A stretch of DNA of 64,000 bases from Lingula anatina. Its lineage: Eukaryota; Animalia; Brachiopoda. Within the stretch, counting starts at the first letter, position 1. The number at the start of each line of letters is the position of its first letter. A program made the translations under genes and the position numbers. The stretch lies in contig CM120640.1 in assembly GCA_051362555.1 (NCBI GenBank), positions 45,796,788 through 45,860,787 of the forward strand, read 5' to 3'. This document shows, in pieces, positions 1 to 12,930 of this stretch. The notes under the pieces were generated by a model, which was not told the DNA's origin, did not search any database, and worked only from the letters and a program-made list of their open reading frames with translations.

Positions 1-1815
1 TCTTTTTTTTAAAATAGATTTTTCTCATAATAAGAAATGTAAATAAGAACATTATCCTGAGCACACTTTATAGTAAGTGTGATTGATCAGAAAAAATTAC
101 CATTTTACAACTTGGGTAACCATCATTTTACTGTAAGTTAAAGATCAAAATTAGGTCAATGTGACCTGGTTTATAGAAAAGATAGAATATTTATTTTCTT
201 CTCAAAAGATCAAACAGTTTCTCTGTAAGATGTTAAGAATGTCAAGTACCTTTGCTTCTGTACAAATAGGAGAGTAATCTCTTTAGCCACATAAAAGGGC
301 AAAAAAGCTTAAAGAATCTTGTTGTAATGTATGATTATGTCCTCAGGTCAAAAAAGGTTGCATTACACGGATAGCAGGCGAATAAGGAAAAGCTTAAGAA
401 CAATCTCATTAACAGAGCTTCTTAATCGAAATGTACTTCCTGGGGCTTCATTAATTCAGCATATAATGTGCAATTTGTAAACTTGAAAGAAACATGAAGA
501 AATTGGAGCCAAATTGAAAAGGTCACCCAATATGTGGAATTCATGGTGTTCGACATGATTTTGGGTAATCAACAGCATTTTCCACAGTAGATTAAGAGAA
601 GATGGGTTTTGGTTTTGGGTTGAACTTGTATTTCTGACACTGGGGTGAAGCCGCAAAAATGTGATTTGGATTAGGTGTTGGGTTAAGCAGGTCAGAGAGG
701 GTGATTACAGTCACCCCATACTGCTAGTCTAAAAGTTACAACTGTGGATGTTTTCTGTGGAGTGAGAGAACTAAGTCTGTCTTTGTGTAGAACATTTTTT
801 AAACATGCAATATAATGTTAAAATGGGCTGGTGTAAGCATTTAAGAAACTTTGTGATGACATGGTAGGCAGACAGAACTATTTATAGTGTAATATTTGAA
901 TTCTCAACATAGCAGTAAAGGTGATAGAATTCAGAGTTGATAGAGTCAAGTAGTGTCCATCTTATCAATATATATGTAGTTCCATCTGATACAGGATGAA
1001 TACACAATGAACCGCAAAGAACACATATATTACAAGCACCTTAGGCATCTGGAATGATATTTCAGTTGCTCCAAACAGTAGAAGAGAAGATACAAGTACA
1101 GTGTTTTTAGATCATGAACTATAGACTAGAATGTCAGCATTAAAATGGTATTTGGTCTTATAAACGCAGTAGGCTGCAGTTTTTGGCACCCAGACTCCAG
1201 CATCAGAAGTCAATTTTCCTTCCCAGGTGGGGAAGGGTGATGGCCGATTAAACCTAACTAGAAAAAACACTCACAAGAGAAACCCGAGAAGACCTTTGTT
1301 GATACTGCTCATAAAAAATCAACACATCAGTACAAAAAAAGCAGATCTGGAAGACTGGCAAAATATGATCTTAGCGTTATGGTATTGTTATTTAGTGTCT
1401 TTGGGTGCCTGACGCTTCATCACCTCCAGTTCTAGATGAAATGCTGTGCAGGTCATTAGGAACCCTCAAGCCACTTGAACATTGCTTTTACGCAGATAAA
1501 AGTGGTAGCCTTGGAAATATCACCGAGGAATCTGTTTGTTGAAATGATTAAAAGAATATTTTTTCAAACTGCTCAAAAACAATATGTGCCAGATGTGGGG
1601 TAATATTGAGTAAGCAAAAGCATCCGTTCTTAGGACCCTGCTGTGGTGTCAGAAGTTGGAATTATATTTTGTTCCACAATTATTTGCTGCATTCCTTTAT
1701 CATGAGTCCTTGATCTTACTGAGAGTTTTCCTCTGTCAATCTGTTTAGTGTACTGCTTCTCATTATTTTTGAGGGGTTGTGAATCAATCGTTATCATTTG
1801 ATGTGTTTTTCTCTC

Positions 1816-1848
1816 TGTGTATATGTGTATATGTGTATGTATATGTGT
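1816..1848. repeat. (GTATAT/GT)n microsatellite
   Basis: gtgtatatgtgtatatgtgtatgtatatgtgt read directly. Confidence 0.8.
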
Positions 1849-1909
1849 TTTAAGTTCCCTGGCTAAACACAATTTCACTCCAATTATAATTATTGACCTT
1901 TATTTACAG

Positions 1910-2578
1910 GCCAAATCTGTGGGTCAGCAAAGTCCTCAGGACATGGGGCAGCCTCTGGACAAACCAAAGATGATCCCAAAAGCTGTGTCCTTCATTATAG
2001 CTGACCGGTCATTCCCAGGAGGCCCTGCTCCAGGGGCAGTTCCTAAACGCAATGCAAACGTACCCAATGTGAAGTATCCCTTAGGCAGTCGCGCACCCAA
2101 AGCGGCCCCAGGAATGGGCTCTGAAGGGAGACAGCAACAACGTGCAGCAAAAGTGCAGTATTCAAGTGCCTCTTCCTGGAAAGATAAAAGAGATTTGTTA
2201 ACATTACAACCTAAAGACGCCCACCCAGTGCCTCGCTCAAATGTCACAGGTGGAGGCAGAGGGAGGGGCGGCAGAGACCCCGACATTTACGTGTTAGGCA
2301 GTGGCCCCCACCCTCCAGGCAGGGCGGTAGAACGGAACTCCGCCGGTTCCGTCTCCAACAGGACCAATCCAGCTCGTGCTCTCAAAGAAAGCCATAGCAT
2401 GCCCTCCTTAAAGATAGTACCAGGGGCCTCTGTAGGCAGTTCTACCAGCACTGTCAGCATCACCACGCTGGATCAGGCTGATGTGTCGTCTATAGCTAAT
2501 ACTAGTCTATGGCTGGACAGTAGTAAATCCGAGGCTGGGGGCTCTGACGAGGGCACAGCTCAATCACAGCTCAGCTAA
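1910..2578 (+). CDS. Probable terminal coding exon of an unidentified upstream gene (disordered Ser/Gly/Pro-rich C-terminal tail, ~222 aa, contains GGGRGRGGR)
   Basis: Open frame of ~670 nt, GC-richer than its flanks. It starts right after a branch-like TATTGAC and the acceptor TTTATTTACAG (AG at 1908-1909) and ends at TAA 2576-2578, followed by an AT-rich UTR-like tract. The ORF-track N-terminus (1817-1909) is a GTATAT microsatellite, i.e. intron. No domain recognised. Confidence 0.6.
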   Translation, partial: AKSVGQQSPQDMGQPLDKPKMIPKAVSFIIADRSFPGGPAPGAVPKRNANVPNVKYPLGSRAPKAAPGMGSEGRQQQRAAKVQYSSASSWKDKRDLLTLQPKDAHPVPRSNVTGGGRGRGGRDPDIYVLGSGPHPPGRAVERNSAGSVSNRTNPARALKESHSMPSLKIVPGASVGSSTSTVSITTLDQADVSSIANTSLWLDSSKSEAGGSDEGTAQSQLS

Positions 2579-4845
2579 GGCTCACCTCTGCATGAAAACC
2601 GTGCTAGTCGTTTAAGAAGGCAGTCGTCAAATGAGAACTTGTCTGTTATTAGAAGAAGATTAACTACGCTGTTTTAAACATTTATTTATTTAAACTTTTT
2701 TTAAAAATTCCTTTATATATTTATTCGTGTTTTGGAATTTTTTCGATTATTTTAACAATTTCTATAAGAGATTGTTTGGTTATTTTTCAGTTTCTTTGCG
2801 AAAATGTTAACTAAGTTATAAAATGAATGACGGCTTAATTTCTATTAACAATCGTACTTTGCCCGTGAAAAAAGTCTTTATTTTCCTAGTTTAAGTAAAT
2901 AGTCCCAAAACGATGTCTAATCTCCATGAAATAAAGAACGATTAGTGTTGTATACTTCTTAACTCTGATGTATGGGAGCCTTGCATGTTGGAAGGCATGG
3001 TTGATTGTTTGTTGTATCGGTGACGCTGTCATGCTGAACACGAATTTGATTACATTTCCTTTTCCAGTCATTTTCGCTACTTCAAACCTGGTGTTGTTCA
3101 GTGCTAAGCAGTTTGGACAATTTAGATCATTTTATTTGATACAACTTGCGACTCCACTCGAACGATCGTTTGATAGATTGTGACCGAGCATGGAATAGGA
3201 GAAAGGCCGGTGTGATGCTTCAACCTTAGTTACTAACACCCCTACCGATGTTGCAAACAAGCCCCCTTTAACATTTTTTTTATCTTTTTTATTTTAAAAC
3301 ACGATACGGTAGTTGTTCTTTTAGATTTAGTCACATTAAAAAGGTGTTATATTTTTACTAGCTAATTTTCTTTTTTGTGCTTTTTAAAATGTATTTCTTT
3401 AGATTAGCATTGTCTTTTATATATATTTCATAATCTTTTTTCGTACAAAAAAAACACCAGTAGTTAACTGTCATTTTATCTCTTCCTTCACGTTGTCTTT
3501 TTCTAAACCCAGCACGTTAGTCTCATTTTAGTGACACACGTATGTCGTTTCATAGTTTAGTCACTGTTCACGATTGCTTCCCCTTCCGTGGTTTCCAAGC
3601 AGAGTTGAGCCATAGCTAGCTGCCTGATTGTGTCGTGTTCTGAGTGCTCTTTCATTTTATTGAATAGATCTGCACATTTTAATCATCAAGGTGGAATTTC
3701 AGGCCCGTCCGACAAAAAATTACATGTATTAATCTTAGTTTTATCAGTAGAGAACACGCCTGAACTGTTTTGATCCTCAAAGATGTGCCAAACTGTCGAT
3801 GTGCCTGGATTTTCGTTTCATTTATGATGTTATCTTCTTCCGTCGTTCAGAGAGCTGCAAAGTGTTGAATTGTGTATGCATAGTAGACGACGCGTGTGTG
3901 TGCGTTTTATATGTGCGATTTCTATTCCTGTGCATTATTTAATGTTTTCTTGCATTGCAGTAACTATTTTCGTTCGAATGGTTATGAACTTGACTTCTTC
4001 TACATTGATGATATATTATTATGGGCAATGATGAACATTATGATGATGGTGATGTCATGATGACGTCGATAGTCATGTGACACGAACGCACCGTTAGGAA
4101 AGTTGCAGTGGATGGTTTGCGCCAAATTTCCCAGAAAATTGCAACCAACTAATTGATGGATAATCAGGCAATGGTTATGGAGAAGGAAGAGCGATTAACC
4201 GTGACTTAATGATCTTCTAGAAAAGAAATTTCGATTAAAAACTGTGATACGTATGCTAGGCTAGTTTGATATTTTTGTATGAATTTTAAAGCTATTTATT
4301 GTACTTAAATGACAAAAATAATGGTGATAGTTCTAGCACAGTCGTATGATGATGTCCTACGCAATATGCAGATAGCTTTTATCATTAATTGATTATATCA
4401 ATGGTTCTGATTTACAGAACGGCATCAGTATTTTTCATCCGTCCTTGATTGAACTTATGATAATGACGGATAATGACTTGGGGAAAGTGCACGTTGGGTC
4501 ATCAGTGTGTAAGTGAAATTACTCTAATAAGATAAGATTTCAGTGAGCTTGATGTGTGCCCAACCATTCCACTTTAAGGCATGCATACGTCCTGATTTTT
4601 TTTTCATTTCAACATAATTGAAAATATTCCCTCCATTGTTTGATAAGATTTATTTATTAAGAGATAGATTTTTAGATTTTTTAAAGTATATTTATAGTTT
4701 TTAATGTAACGTTTTACCATTACTGACACTGGTTTTACCTTTTGTAATGTTTGTTATATGTAATGATTGTTACTAATTCAGTTTTGTAAAACCTATCTGA
4801 TAGGTGATCATGAAAAATTAATAAATTATATATAGTCTTGAATGA
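2579..4845 (+). other. Possible 3'UTR of the upstream gene ending near AATAAA 4820-4825
   Basis: U-rich tracts after the stop; TGTA-rich segment 4700-4790; AATAAA at 4820-4825. The end point is inferred. Confidence 0.3.
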
Positions 4846-7727
4846 GCATCTTTACTATTGTTGGCACGCAAATGTGATGAAATTGAAAAGGTGTGAAAAT
4901 GGTGGACTTCAATTAAATTAATGATATTGTGCCGTCTTTTTATTGACAAGGACGGACCACGTTATGAGACCCCCATGTTTAACCGATTCGCCTCCTCGCG
5001 CTTCGAGTCCGTCTTCGGTTTAAGTGTAACCATGCCTTTGGTGATGCACTTTCCGTAGGAGAAGTTAAATGTAATAATATATGCATAATAAAAGCAGTTG
5101 ATCACTCCAGCGAGTAATAAATTTTAATAGGACCTCAACTGAAGTAAGCGAAACCATCCCAAGGGACGAGTTGAAGCCATTTTGCCACTGGTAGTCAGCG
5201 TCCGGTCATTCGTTTCCTTCATTTGCAATTTCCATCCGACTCGCTTATATATTCTACATCAAAGATGAGCCCAGATATGTTGTTATCACAGGCAATCTGC
5301 ATATTGCCATTTGTGCTGCTCTCTGGAGAATAGATTTTTACGAGAATCGACCCTTGCGTATGACCCCGCCTTACGCGTATTCGATACGAAGGATTCTAAT
5401 CGCGGAGAAAGAGTGATAGCTCTCGGATTGATTTAATACTTAGGACTATTTCCTTCGTAATTGCTTGAAATTACTACAAAGCACTCTGTTTTTACTAGAG
5501 GACACAAATCTGTGATCCTCACATTTTAATCTGGAGAACTACTCTGATTGCGTCCTCGCAGCATATTAGAGTTCTGAGGAACAGAACGCTTCCATTTAGC
5601 TTCTAAAAATATTCGTCAGAATATCGATTAAGATCTTCTTGTCAGTGAGAGAGGGGAAAAAACAATGATTCAGTTTTTCGTGGAATTAAATCACGGCGTT
5701 TCCGGTAAAAATTATGTTGATTATCCTTAACAGGAATCATCTGTGTAATTCACTTTACTCTTTCACAACGAAGAGCCCGGGTTTCTGGAAGATCATTGCT
5801 GAGATTGAACACATTTTGAGAAATTGATTCATCCGGCCCGTCAATGGAAATATTGAATGATCGGTAGAGAAGGATTTTGATATCCCACAGGGCTCATTCC
5901 TTTTGTTTAAAATGTTAAGCAAAATGTCCCTTGACCACTATAACCGTAAGCAAGGTGAATTGATGTGCATTCCAGGTCACTATGACAATAATGATATCCC
6001 TTATAGACCAACGTCAAGTAATGCATTTATTTATTTATTTATTCTACATGAAAAATGTCTTTTCTTGATTTATTGTGTACGAAGATAAAAAAAATACATG
6101 TATGCCCAAATGTTGATATAACTGAAGAACTTGCTCATTGTGGTTAGGAATTTACAGCAGTATATATGAAAGATGTATTTTTTTGTGAAAATATGAATTT
6201 ATCACTGCTGTTGCAGAACAGTATTGTAAGCAGTATTACGCCGTTTGATGCATGGTGATACCTCTTTGAATATATGACATTTATTCAGTTGTCTTTGTAA
6301 GACATTTCTGGATGTTGCTGATGGTAAAGTGTAAAAAAAACCCAGTGCATTTTGCCATGATAAATTAAAGATACCTCGATAGAAATAATGTTTCTTTAAT
6401 TGTTTGAAAAGCAAGGGGCCGTTATGATATTATTAACACTGCTGTGAAGAATATTTTTGGTTCAGTTGCTGTATCCCGAGAATAAGGTGCACTTTCTAGC
6501 TGCCACTGTGAAAAAGTATTTTGCAGTTTACATTTCAAATTCGATATTGCACACACTATATTCTCTCCTGGGTCGTGAAAAATTAGTTTGGAAAACTTCG
6601 TTGCATTTCCCAAGCTGCAAGCGATAGCAGGGCTGCACAGTGCGGTTGGAAACTCAATAAATCGCCGCGGCACTGCGTAGCAATTTGTATCACAGAAGAC
6701 GTGTAAGATCGGATGCACATATACTTGACGTATTGTCGAGTGCCACGGCTTGATGGGCATTGGAGGACATGGCGGGGTTCTTGTTTTTTCTCTAAAACGT
6801 ACGCTTTATAATCATCCAAACCGATTGCGTTTAGAAGTAGCGAGTTGTTATTTATTATGGCTTTATTATGCACTTGTGCATGCCAAATTGTACTCGAAAG
6901 GGCATCCCTGGATTACAGCATTAAACATAGTTGTTGTTATTAGGAAATAAATGAAATGAAGGGTCTTTTTCCCATGGGAGGGCGCTGATGTCAATAGGTC
7001 GTTCTACGGTTAAATAAGGATAGAATCGCCCTGCTGACCGCTGGCATTTATGACCTCGGAGTTTTTGTTCACGCTAGAGATGTGGAAAAAATCATCAGAG
7101 AGCAAGATAGACGTAGTATCTTTAATGAACTTATATGAAATGGGAGAGGAGAGGGAGCCTTTCCCCCAAAGGTTTTTTTTTTCGATCTGCTAACCCATAT
7201 TCCGTTGACCTTTCACGTTGCACATGAGTTGAAGGAAATCGCTGTTCTTATCATCCTGTGTTGAAACTGAGTAATTAGCTGAATCCATCTTATGAATTCA
7301 TTCTACACTTTGTTGGCTGCTTCAAACCACAAGCAGTATCAAGGGAAAGTTGATTTTCCTCACTAGCCTGTGTTCTATTCATATTCGCATGATTAATTAA
7401 ACTTCACCCTCAATTGGGTCCCCGATTTCATAGTACGCAAATGATTTTTTTCTCCTGGAAAAGGATTAATAGGTTTTTACGAGGCTCCGTAATGGTTATG
7501 CGCTTTCATCGAAGCTTTCCATTGATCGTAGTCATCCAGGGCAGTTCTGTGATGAGAGGCCGTGGTGCGTCTTTAAGAAAAAGCCAGTGGGCGTTTGCCC
7601 TTGCACACTGCTCTCGAGTCCTGGTTTCCGCCCACTCTAAGCACTTATGGCAAATGAATGAGTAAATCTGCTAAGACAGGGATGCTGTTATCCATCTTTA
7701 TTCCATATAGTCATAAGTTCGAGAGGA

Positions 7728-8145
7728 AGTAGTAGTAAAAGTAGTAGCAGTAATAGTCGTAGAAGTAGAGAGGATAGGGTTGCTGCTATTGTAAGACCTA
7801 GTAGAAGCATCAGAAATAGCCAGTTAAATAGAAATGTTTTAATTTTTTTTCTAACAGCATTTTAATCCTTGATTCATATAAATGCAGTAAGAATGCAGGT
7901 ACATTAAACCTCATTAATAATGAAATTAAATTGTAGTAAAAGACACATGGAGTTGTTAGTGATCGACTTATAAATACACAATACTGGAACTACAATAGCA
8001 GAGGCAGCAGCAGTAGTAGTAGTAAAAGAAGGACAGTGGTAGAAGTATTAGTGGCAGCAGTAGCTGACGATGAAAAACTGGCCTTAGCGGGAGTAGTAAA
8101 AGTAGTAGTAGCGATAGTAGGAATAGTAGTAATAACGACGACAAT
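7728..8145. repeat. Degenerate (AGT/AGC)n trinucleotide low-complexity tracts (7728-7770 and ~7990-8145)
   Basis: agtagtagtaaaagtagtagcagtaatagt..., gcagcagcagtagtagtagt; these explain the spurious Thr/Val/Leu-rich ORFs on both strands. Confidence 0.8.
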
Positions 8146-10120
8146 GGTGAATAATATTGACAGGCGGAGATTAATTGACATAATTTGCCTGCCAATGTCA
8201 CTTCTTTGTGCATTTATTAAATCCTTCCCCATTCAGGAAACGGCACAGTGGTGTCATCTCCCCGGATCAATGGCGTGATATGCGAGCGTCAAGTTATATA
8301 ATGATATTAAGACTCAGTTTTGTGATCCATGCAATCTAATCGTTATGAATGAAGTGAAATTCCGGAAAATTCACTTTGATTAAGAGAAACGCACTGGAAA
8401 GATAGCGGTTTAAATTGCGCGCAATTATGTGCGGTTATAACATTTTCTATTCGCTAGAGAAGAAAGTAAATCCGCACAGCGAGAGGTTGGATTCTCTCGG
8501 AGGATATCTGCGATTTGCATTCGCTCTTGTGACGCCCGGGTCCTGACTTATTTTATATCGATTTGTTATTTTGACTATTATCTCTTTTCACTTTGCTTGA
8601 TCAGTCCTCGCAGCTAATTCGATGAAATATGTCGGGAACAGTAATGGGGGACAAGTTTGCGTCCTCTGCCGGCTGCCTCCACTTCCAGCTTCGTCTTGTT
8701 GCTATTACCGACTCGATGGCGTAACTGCAAATCAATAATAGTACATCAAAATTTTCTTCGCATCATATCGACTAAGATGCGTCAGTCAGACGACAAAAAT
8801 GGAGCGGATTAAAATACCATTTCGGCACCAGTGATTGTAAACGTGACTATATAAGAATCCTTGTTTTTTTTTACTAAAAGTCAACGTATGCATTTAATAT
8901 TTCCATTTCACATGATTATATTTATAATACTTTATTGGGAAATCATTGTATTTGGACTTTTGTTTTTGCAAAAAAAAATGCATATGCGTGCTAAAAACTT
9001 ACATGGTATGTGAAAATGCAGTCTTGTACTATACCAATGACAGTATGATAATATTCTCGGATATTCAACACAATGAATGAGCATTAATAACACCTAGCTG
9101 TTGGCTAACAACAGAAATCAACGCAACACTCGAGGCCCATCAGCGTTTTTTTCACTAGCCTTCAAACAATAGATAAGTGTCATATTTTACAGCAATGTGC
9201 CGTGATATTTATTAGAGAACCTTTCAATCCCGTGCCCTGACACGTCAACCTTTCTACGCTAAGGCTACTCAACTGTACCAAATTATCCCTGGGATCGTTC
9301 TGTTGCTTTATCTCACTAATTTGGAATAAATGCGAAGAGCGTTTCTTTGAATTGATATTCCACCCGGCACGTATTCTGTGACCTTTCTTCAAGATAAAAA
9401 CGATTAATAAATCCGAAATGAATGAATCCCCGATACGGAATATATACAACTCCGAATAATAAATTTCGATCTATTTACTATAGTGGGTTACTATGCGGTA
9501 CTATACTGCAGAACTCTCTGTACATACAAATACATATTCGATCGTATAAAACGAACGGTACAGAATCATAGGATTTGCTGTGTTAGCCTGTTGTAGGAAG
9601 GTGTTCCACATGTAAAACTGATTTCACCAATTCCCAATATATCACGAGCAAATTAAATTCCGTACCGTTTTCACTGAATTCGTCACACGTACCCAGGTCT
9701 GCATGGCTATGGAGGTCAGGGCTTTTCCTACTATGACAGAGCTGAGTATATAGCAGTGTGTAAGATGACTACGTGTTGCCTTCTTTCAGGCGACCACTGG
9801 GGGTTGAATCTGCAGCAAATTACTGCCATGTTCTATCTTCCTTCTCCGTTGCCATTGCCTTTTTAAAATTCAATATTTTCTGCTTTTTTCTGCATGTTTT
9901 TACTATTACTTCATGCAATCACAGATAACTGCTTACATGAATACTTCTTTACGCTTCATTTATTCAACCATCATGCAACATATTTGAATTATCTATAGAA
10001 CTGTCATTATAATTCGTACAATAATTCTTATGATTGAATGATCTTTAGTTGCGGATATTAATTTCGCCGCTTGAGTGATTTTCCTTGTTCTTGTTTGACC
10101 TTGGCACATTTCTTTATCTC

Positions 10121-10175
10121 CTTTTTTTCTTCTTCGTCTTCATCTTCTTCTTCTTCTTCTTCTCCCTCCCCCCTC
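10121..10175. repeat. (TCT)n / polypyrimidine microsatellite
   Basis: tcttcttcgtcttcatcttcttcttcttcttcttctccctcccccctcc. Confidence 0.8.
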
Positions 10176-12859
10176 CACTGGATCTTTGTTTTAGCACTAC
10201 TATTTTATTTCTTTAATTCATGCGTATTTATGTGGAGAATAAGTCTATTTTTTATTTGCACGAAGCGGTATGTTTGAACACCTCGTTTCTGTATGCAATA
10301 TCATTCCACACGCGTACAGAAGGTGGAGACCTAACGAGTCTTTTCTCTCCCTCTCTCTACGCTCTTATTTTAATTCCTTTAAAAATATTCCTTGTTATCA
10401 AGATCATCGACAGTTCAACGCCATAAAAGAATTCATTCATAAGTTTTATTCAAGGTTTGGCTAGATACTGCAAAAGAGGTTGGGCAGAATGGAAAAATAA
10501 TGAATATTCAATTCATGGGTCCCTGTGTGATTTGAATGACGAGCATTTTCACTCAACCTAAATGCCCCGCTTCGCTATGTTCGATCCTAAAGCGGTCAAG
10601 ATGTCGCCGAGTATTGAACAGGCAGAGTTGTTTTCATTGTAGTACGCATAGTAAAGACGATAGTAAGCTTAAAGAGATTATAAGCCTAGTAACGGTATTG
10701 GAAATTAAGTAGCCATTTCCATTCGGAATTTATTACTTCTATCTTGTCTAGTATTTCGGAATCATTATGCTGAAGATGATTTGAAGCGACGCTACAACCG
10801 CGCACGATTGACTCTCCCCTTGGTTGTCTGTCATTAGAATTAAGGCTGTGGATCAAATATGTGCCCTCTCCCTGTCCCGTCAGAAACCCGCAGGACTGAA
10901 CAGAGATTAAACTTTGATTTGGGAAAAATACATCATCCGATTTAACTCGGGGATTTTTTTTCTCTCCGAGATTATATTGAAAAGCTGGATGACAGAGTTT
11001 TTTTCTTTAATTTTTCATTCGAGTTCTATTATTTTCTTAGAAATGTTTAATCCTGCAGCTGTCTCTCGTAGTAAACTGGAGTATCAAAGGTTATGAATTA
11101 AGAAAAAAGTCTTGGGGGCTAAGTCTATATGGGTCTTTTATCAGATCGATCACCGCCTTCAAAGGAAGCCCCAAGGTCCCCTTCTTCAACGGCGGTATCG
11201 GCGACTCGTATCTGTCATCGGTTTCGGCTTGAGCTTTGTCGCCGTTTTTTACTCGCATAAACAGGTTATCGGTTTGATCAATCATATTTTTTAGAGTTTT
11301 ACCACGTAATTTCCCCTGAGATTTTCGTTCTTATGACAGCTCTGTAGAGGCTGCAATCCCCAAACCGCATTACACACTATCAAAATGCAAGGAGATGGGT
11401 AGCGCAGCTGAAAATGTTGATTCGATGCTGCTCCCCGATGAATGAACTAACCCATATCGCCTCTCAATTGGGTTATGAAAAAATGCAAATTTGAAGAAAT
11501 ATGCGTATCTAAAATAAGATCTCCACAGAGATATATGTTGTAATTTTATGTATAGCTATTGCACTCTATCACTGACGAGTATGCCTTATTTAAGTAGTGA
11601 AATTTCCTAAAGCCCATTTCCGTATTCTCGTGTGTGTTTGCAAAGTTCATGACATGGTATCGACCGGTATCATATATCGGTTCATTCTGTCACAAGGCTC
11701 TTACTACAAATTTTACGCACGCCGTAGGATCGTGCAGTCAGTTCTTGCACAGTCGCTTCACATAGCCGATACACCCAGCGTTCGTTCACAAAGGTAGGGA
11801 TACCATAGGAGGGTGCATTTTTTCACTGATTTTTTTTAAACGGAACAGGGAGGCATTAACATATCATGTACGTTCTCACGATGTTGGTAATTATATGGAC
11901 GTAATTAGCAATTAACACAATTCCTTCAAAAACAGCTGCTATTTGATTGGTAAGTACATGGCCGTAAAAAATAGTGTGTTTTAAGAAAGTAGATTTTATT
12001 AATTCATTGGGAAGTACAGACCGGTTAATTCACTTGGGAAAATTAATATTGTGCTGCTTAGCAGTCGTGAATATATGGTTATGACAGCAGAAACTGCAAA
12101 TTACCGTGGCGTTAATTAAGCATTCTTTCCGATTGTATTTTAGAAATACATATATTTATATATACATATATATTTGCGGAGAAAAGGTTTTCAAGATTAT
12201 TCATTGTTATATTGGTTAGGGTGAGGCATTTTGTTAAAATATTCATTAGAGGAAAGATACATTTAGTAAATTACACTCCGTGGAATGACAACAACGGTAA
12301 CAGTAGCAAATGCATTTTGTGTAACAAGTTTAATTCACGAAATTGCCAATACATATAACGGATAATAAATTTAAAGCAGTTAGCAGTTAGAAGGCAATTC
12401 AATAGATGGACACTTATGGTTTAAAAAACTCTCACGGTGTGAGTTGTTAATATATACTTTTATCAGTGTGAATATTTTATAAAATAATATTTCATAAATA
12501 TTTTTTAACCTAGAAATGGCGTTCTAAAGAAAGAGAGAAACGTAAAGATTTATACTGACCGCCGAAACAAGCACAGGCCACTTGAGGCGAGCGAGCCACG
12601 TGGACTGGCATTGCTCAGTAACAGCGGTCAGGTCAAATGCCAAATAAAATGTTTTAGTAATACGTTCTGACCGCATGCCGCAGTGTTAACTAGTGTTCTG
12701 TTCAGGTGAGCAACTGAACGGAGCAGAACTGAAATGGAGGAGTGTGTCAGCTAAACATTGCTTCGATCTTTTGTACGAAGGTAGAGTGCATTTTTAGAAT
12801 TTTTTTCTATTTCGGTATTTTCATGAATGGAAATATTATTCATGATATATTTTGATAGC

Positions 12860-12930
12860 CTCTCTCTCACTGTCTCTCTCCATCTCTCTCTCTCTCACTG
12901 TCTCTCTCCATCTCTCTCTCTCTCTCTCTC
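12860..12930. repeat. (CT)n microsatellite with an internal ~28-bp tandem duplication
   Basis: tctctctcactgtctctctccatctctc occurs twice, then pure (CT)n. Confidence 0.85.

Noticed and set aside
60-660. Minus-strand HEFHILGDLFNL and HIDLIL fragments resembling LINE APE-endonuclease motifs (GDFN, IDLI)
   Set aside because: Motifs are imperfect and not in a continuous frame, and there is no RT domain. A highly decayed LINE cannot be excluded but is not supportable.
1936-2286. 116-aa minus-strand ORF
   Set aside because: Antisense shadow of the GC-rich + strand exon
4942-4975. Similarity to 62541-62565 (TGACAA...GTTATGAGACCC)
   Set aside because: Only a 12-mer plus a short flank; expected by chance in 64 kb
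5343-5397. Imperfect hairpin (AGAATC...GATTCT) as a pre-miRNA
   Set aside because: Stem too short and bulged, large loop, no known mature sequence
7968-8278. Three overlapping ~80-aa ORFs (mucin-like or hydrophobic)
   Set aside because: Translations of a degenerate AGT/AGC microsatellite
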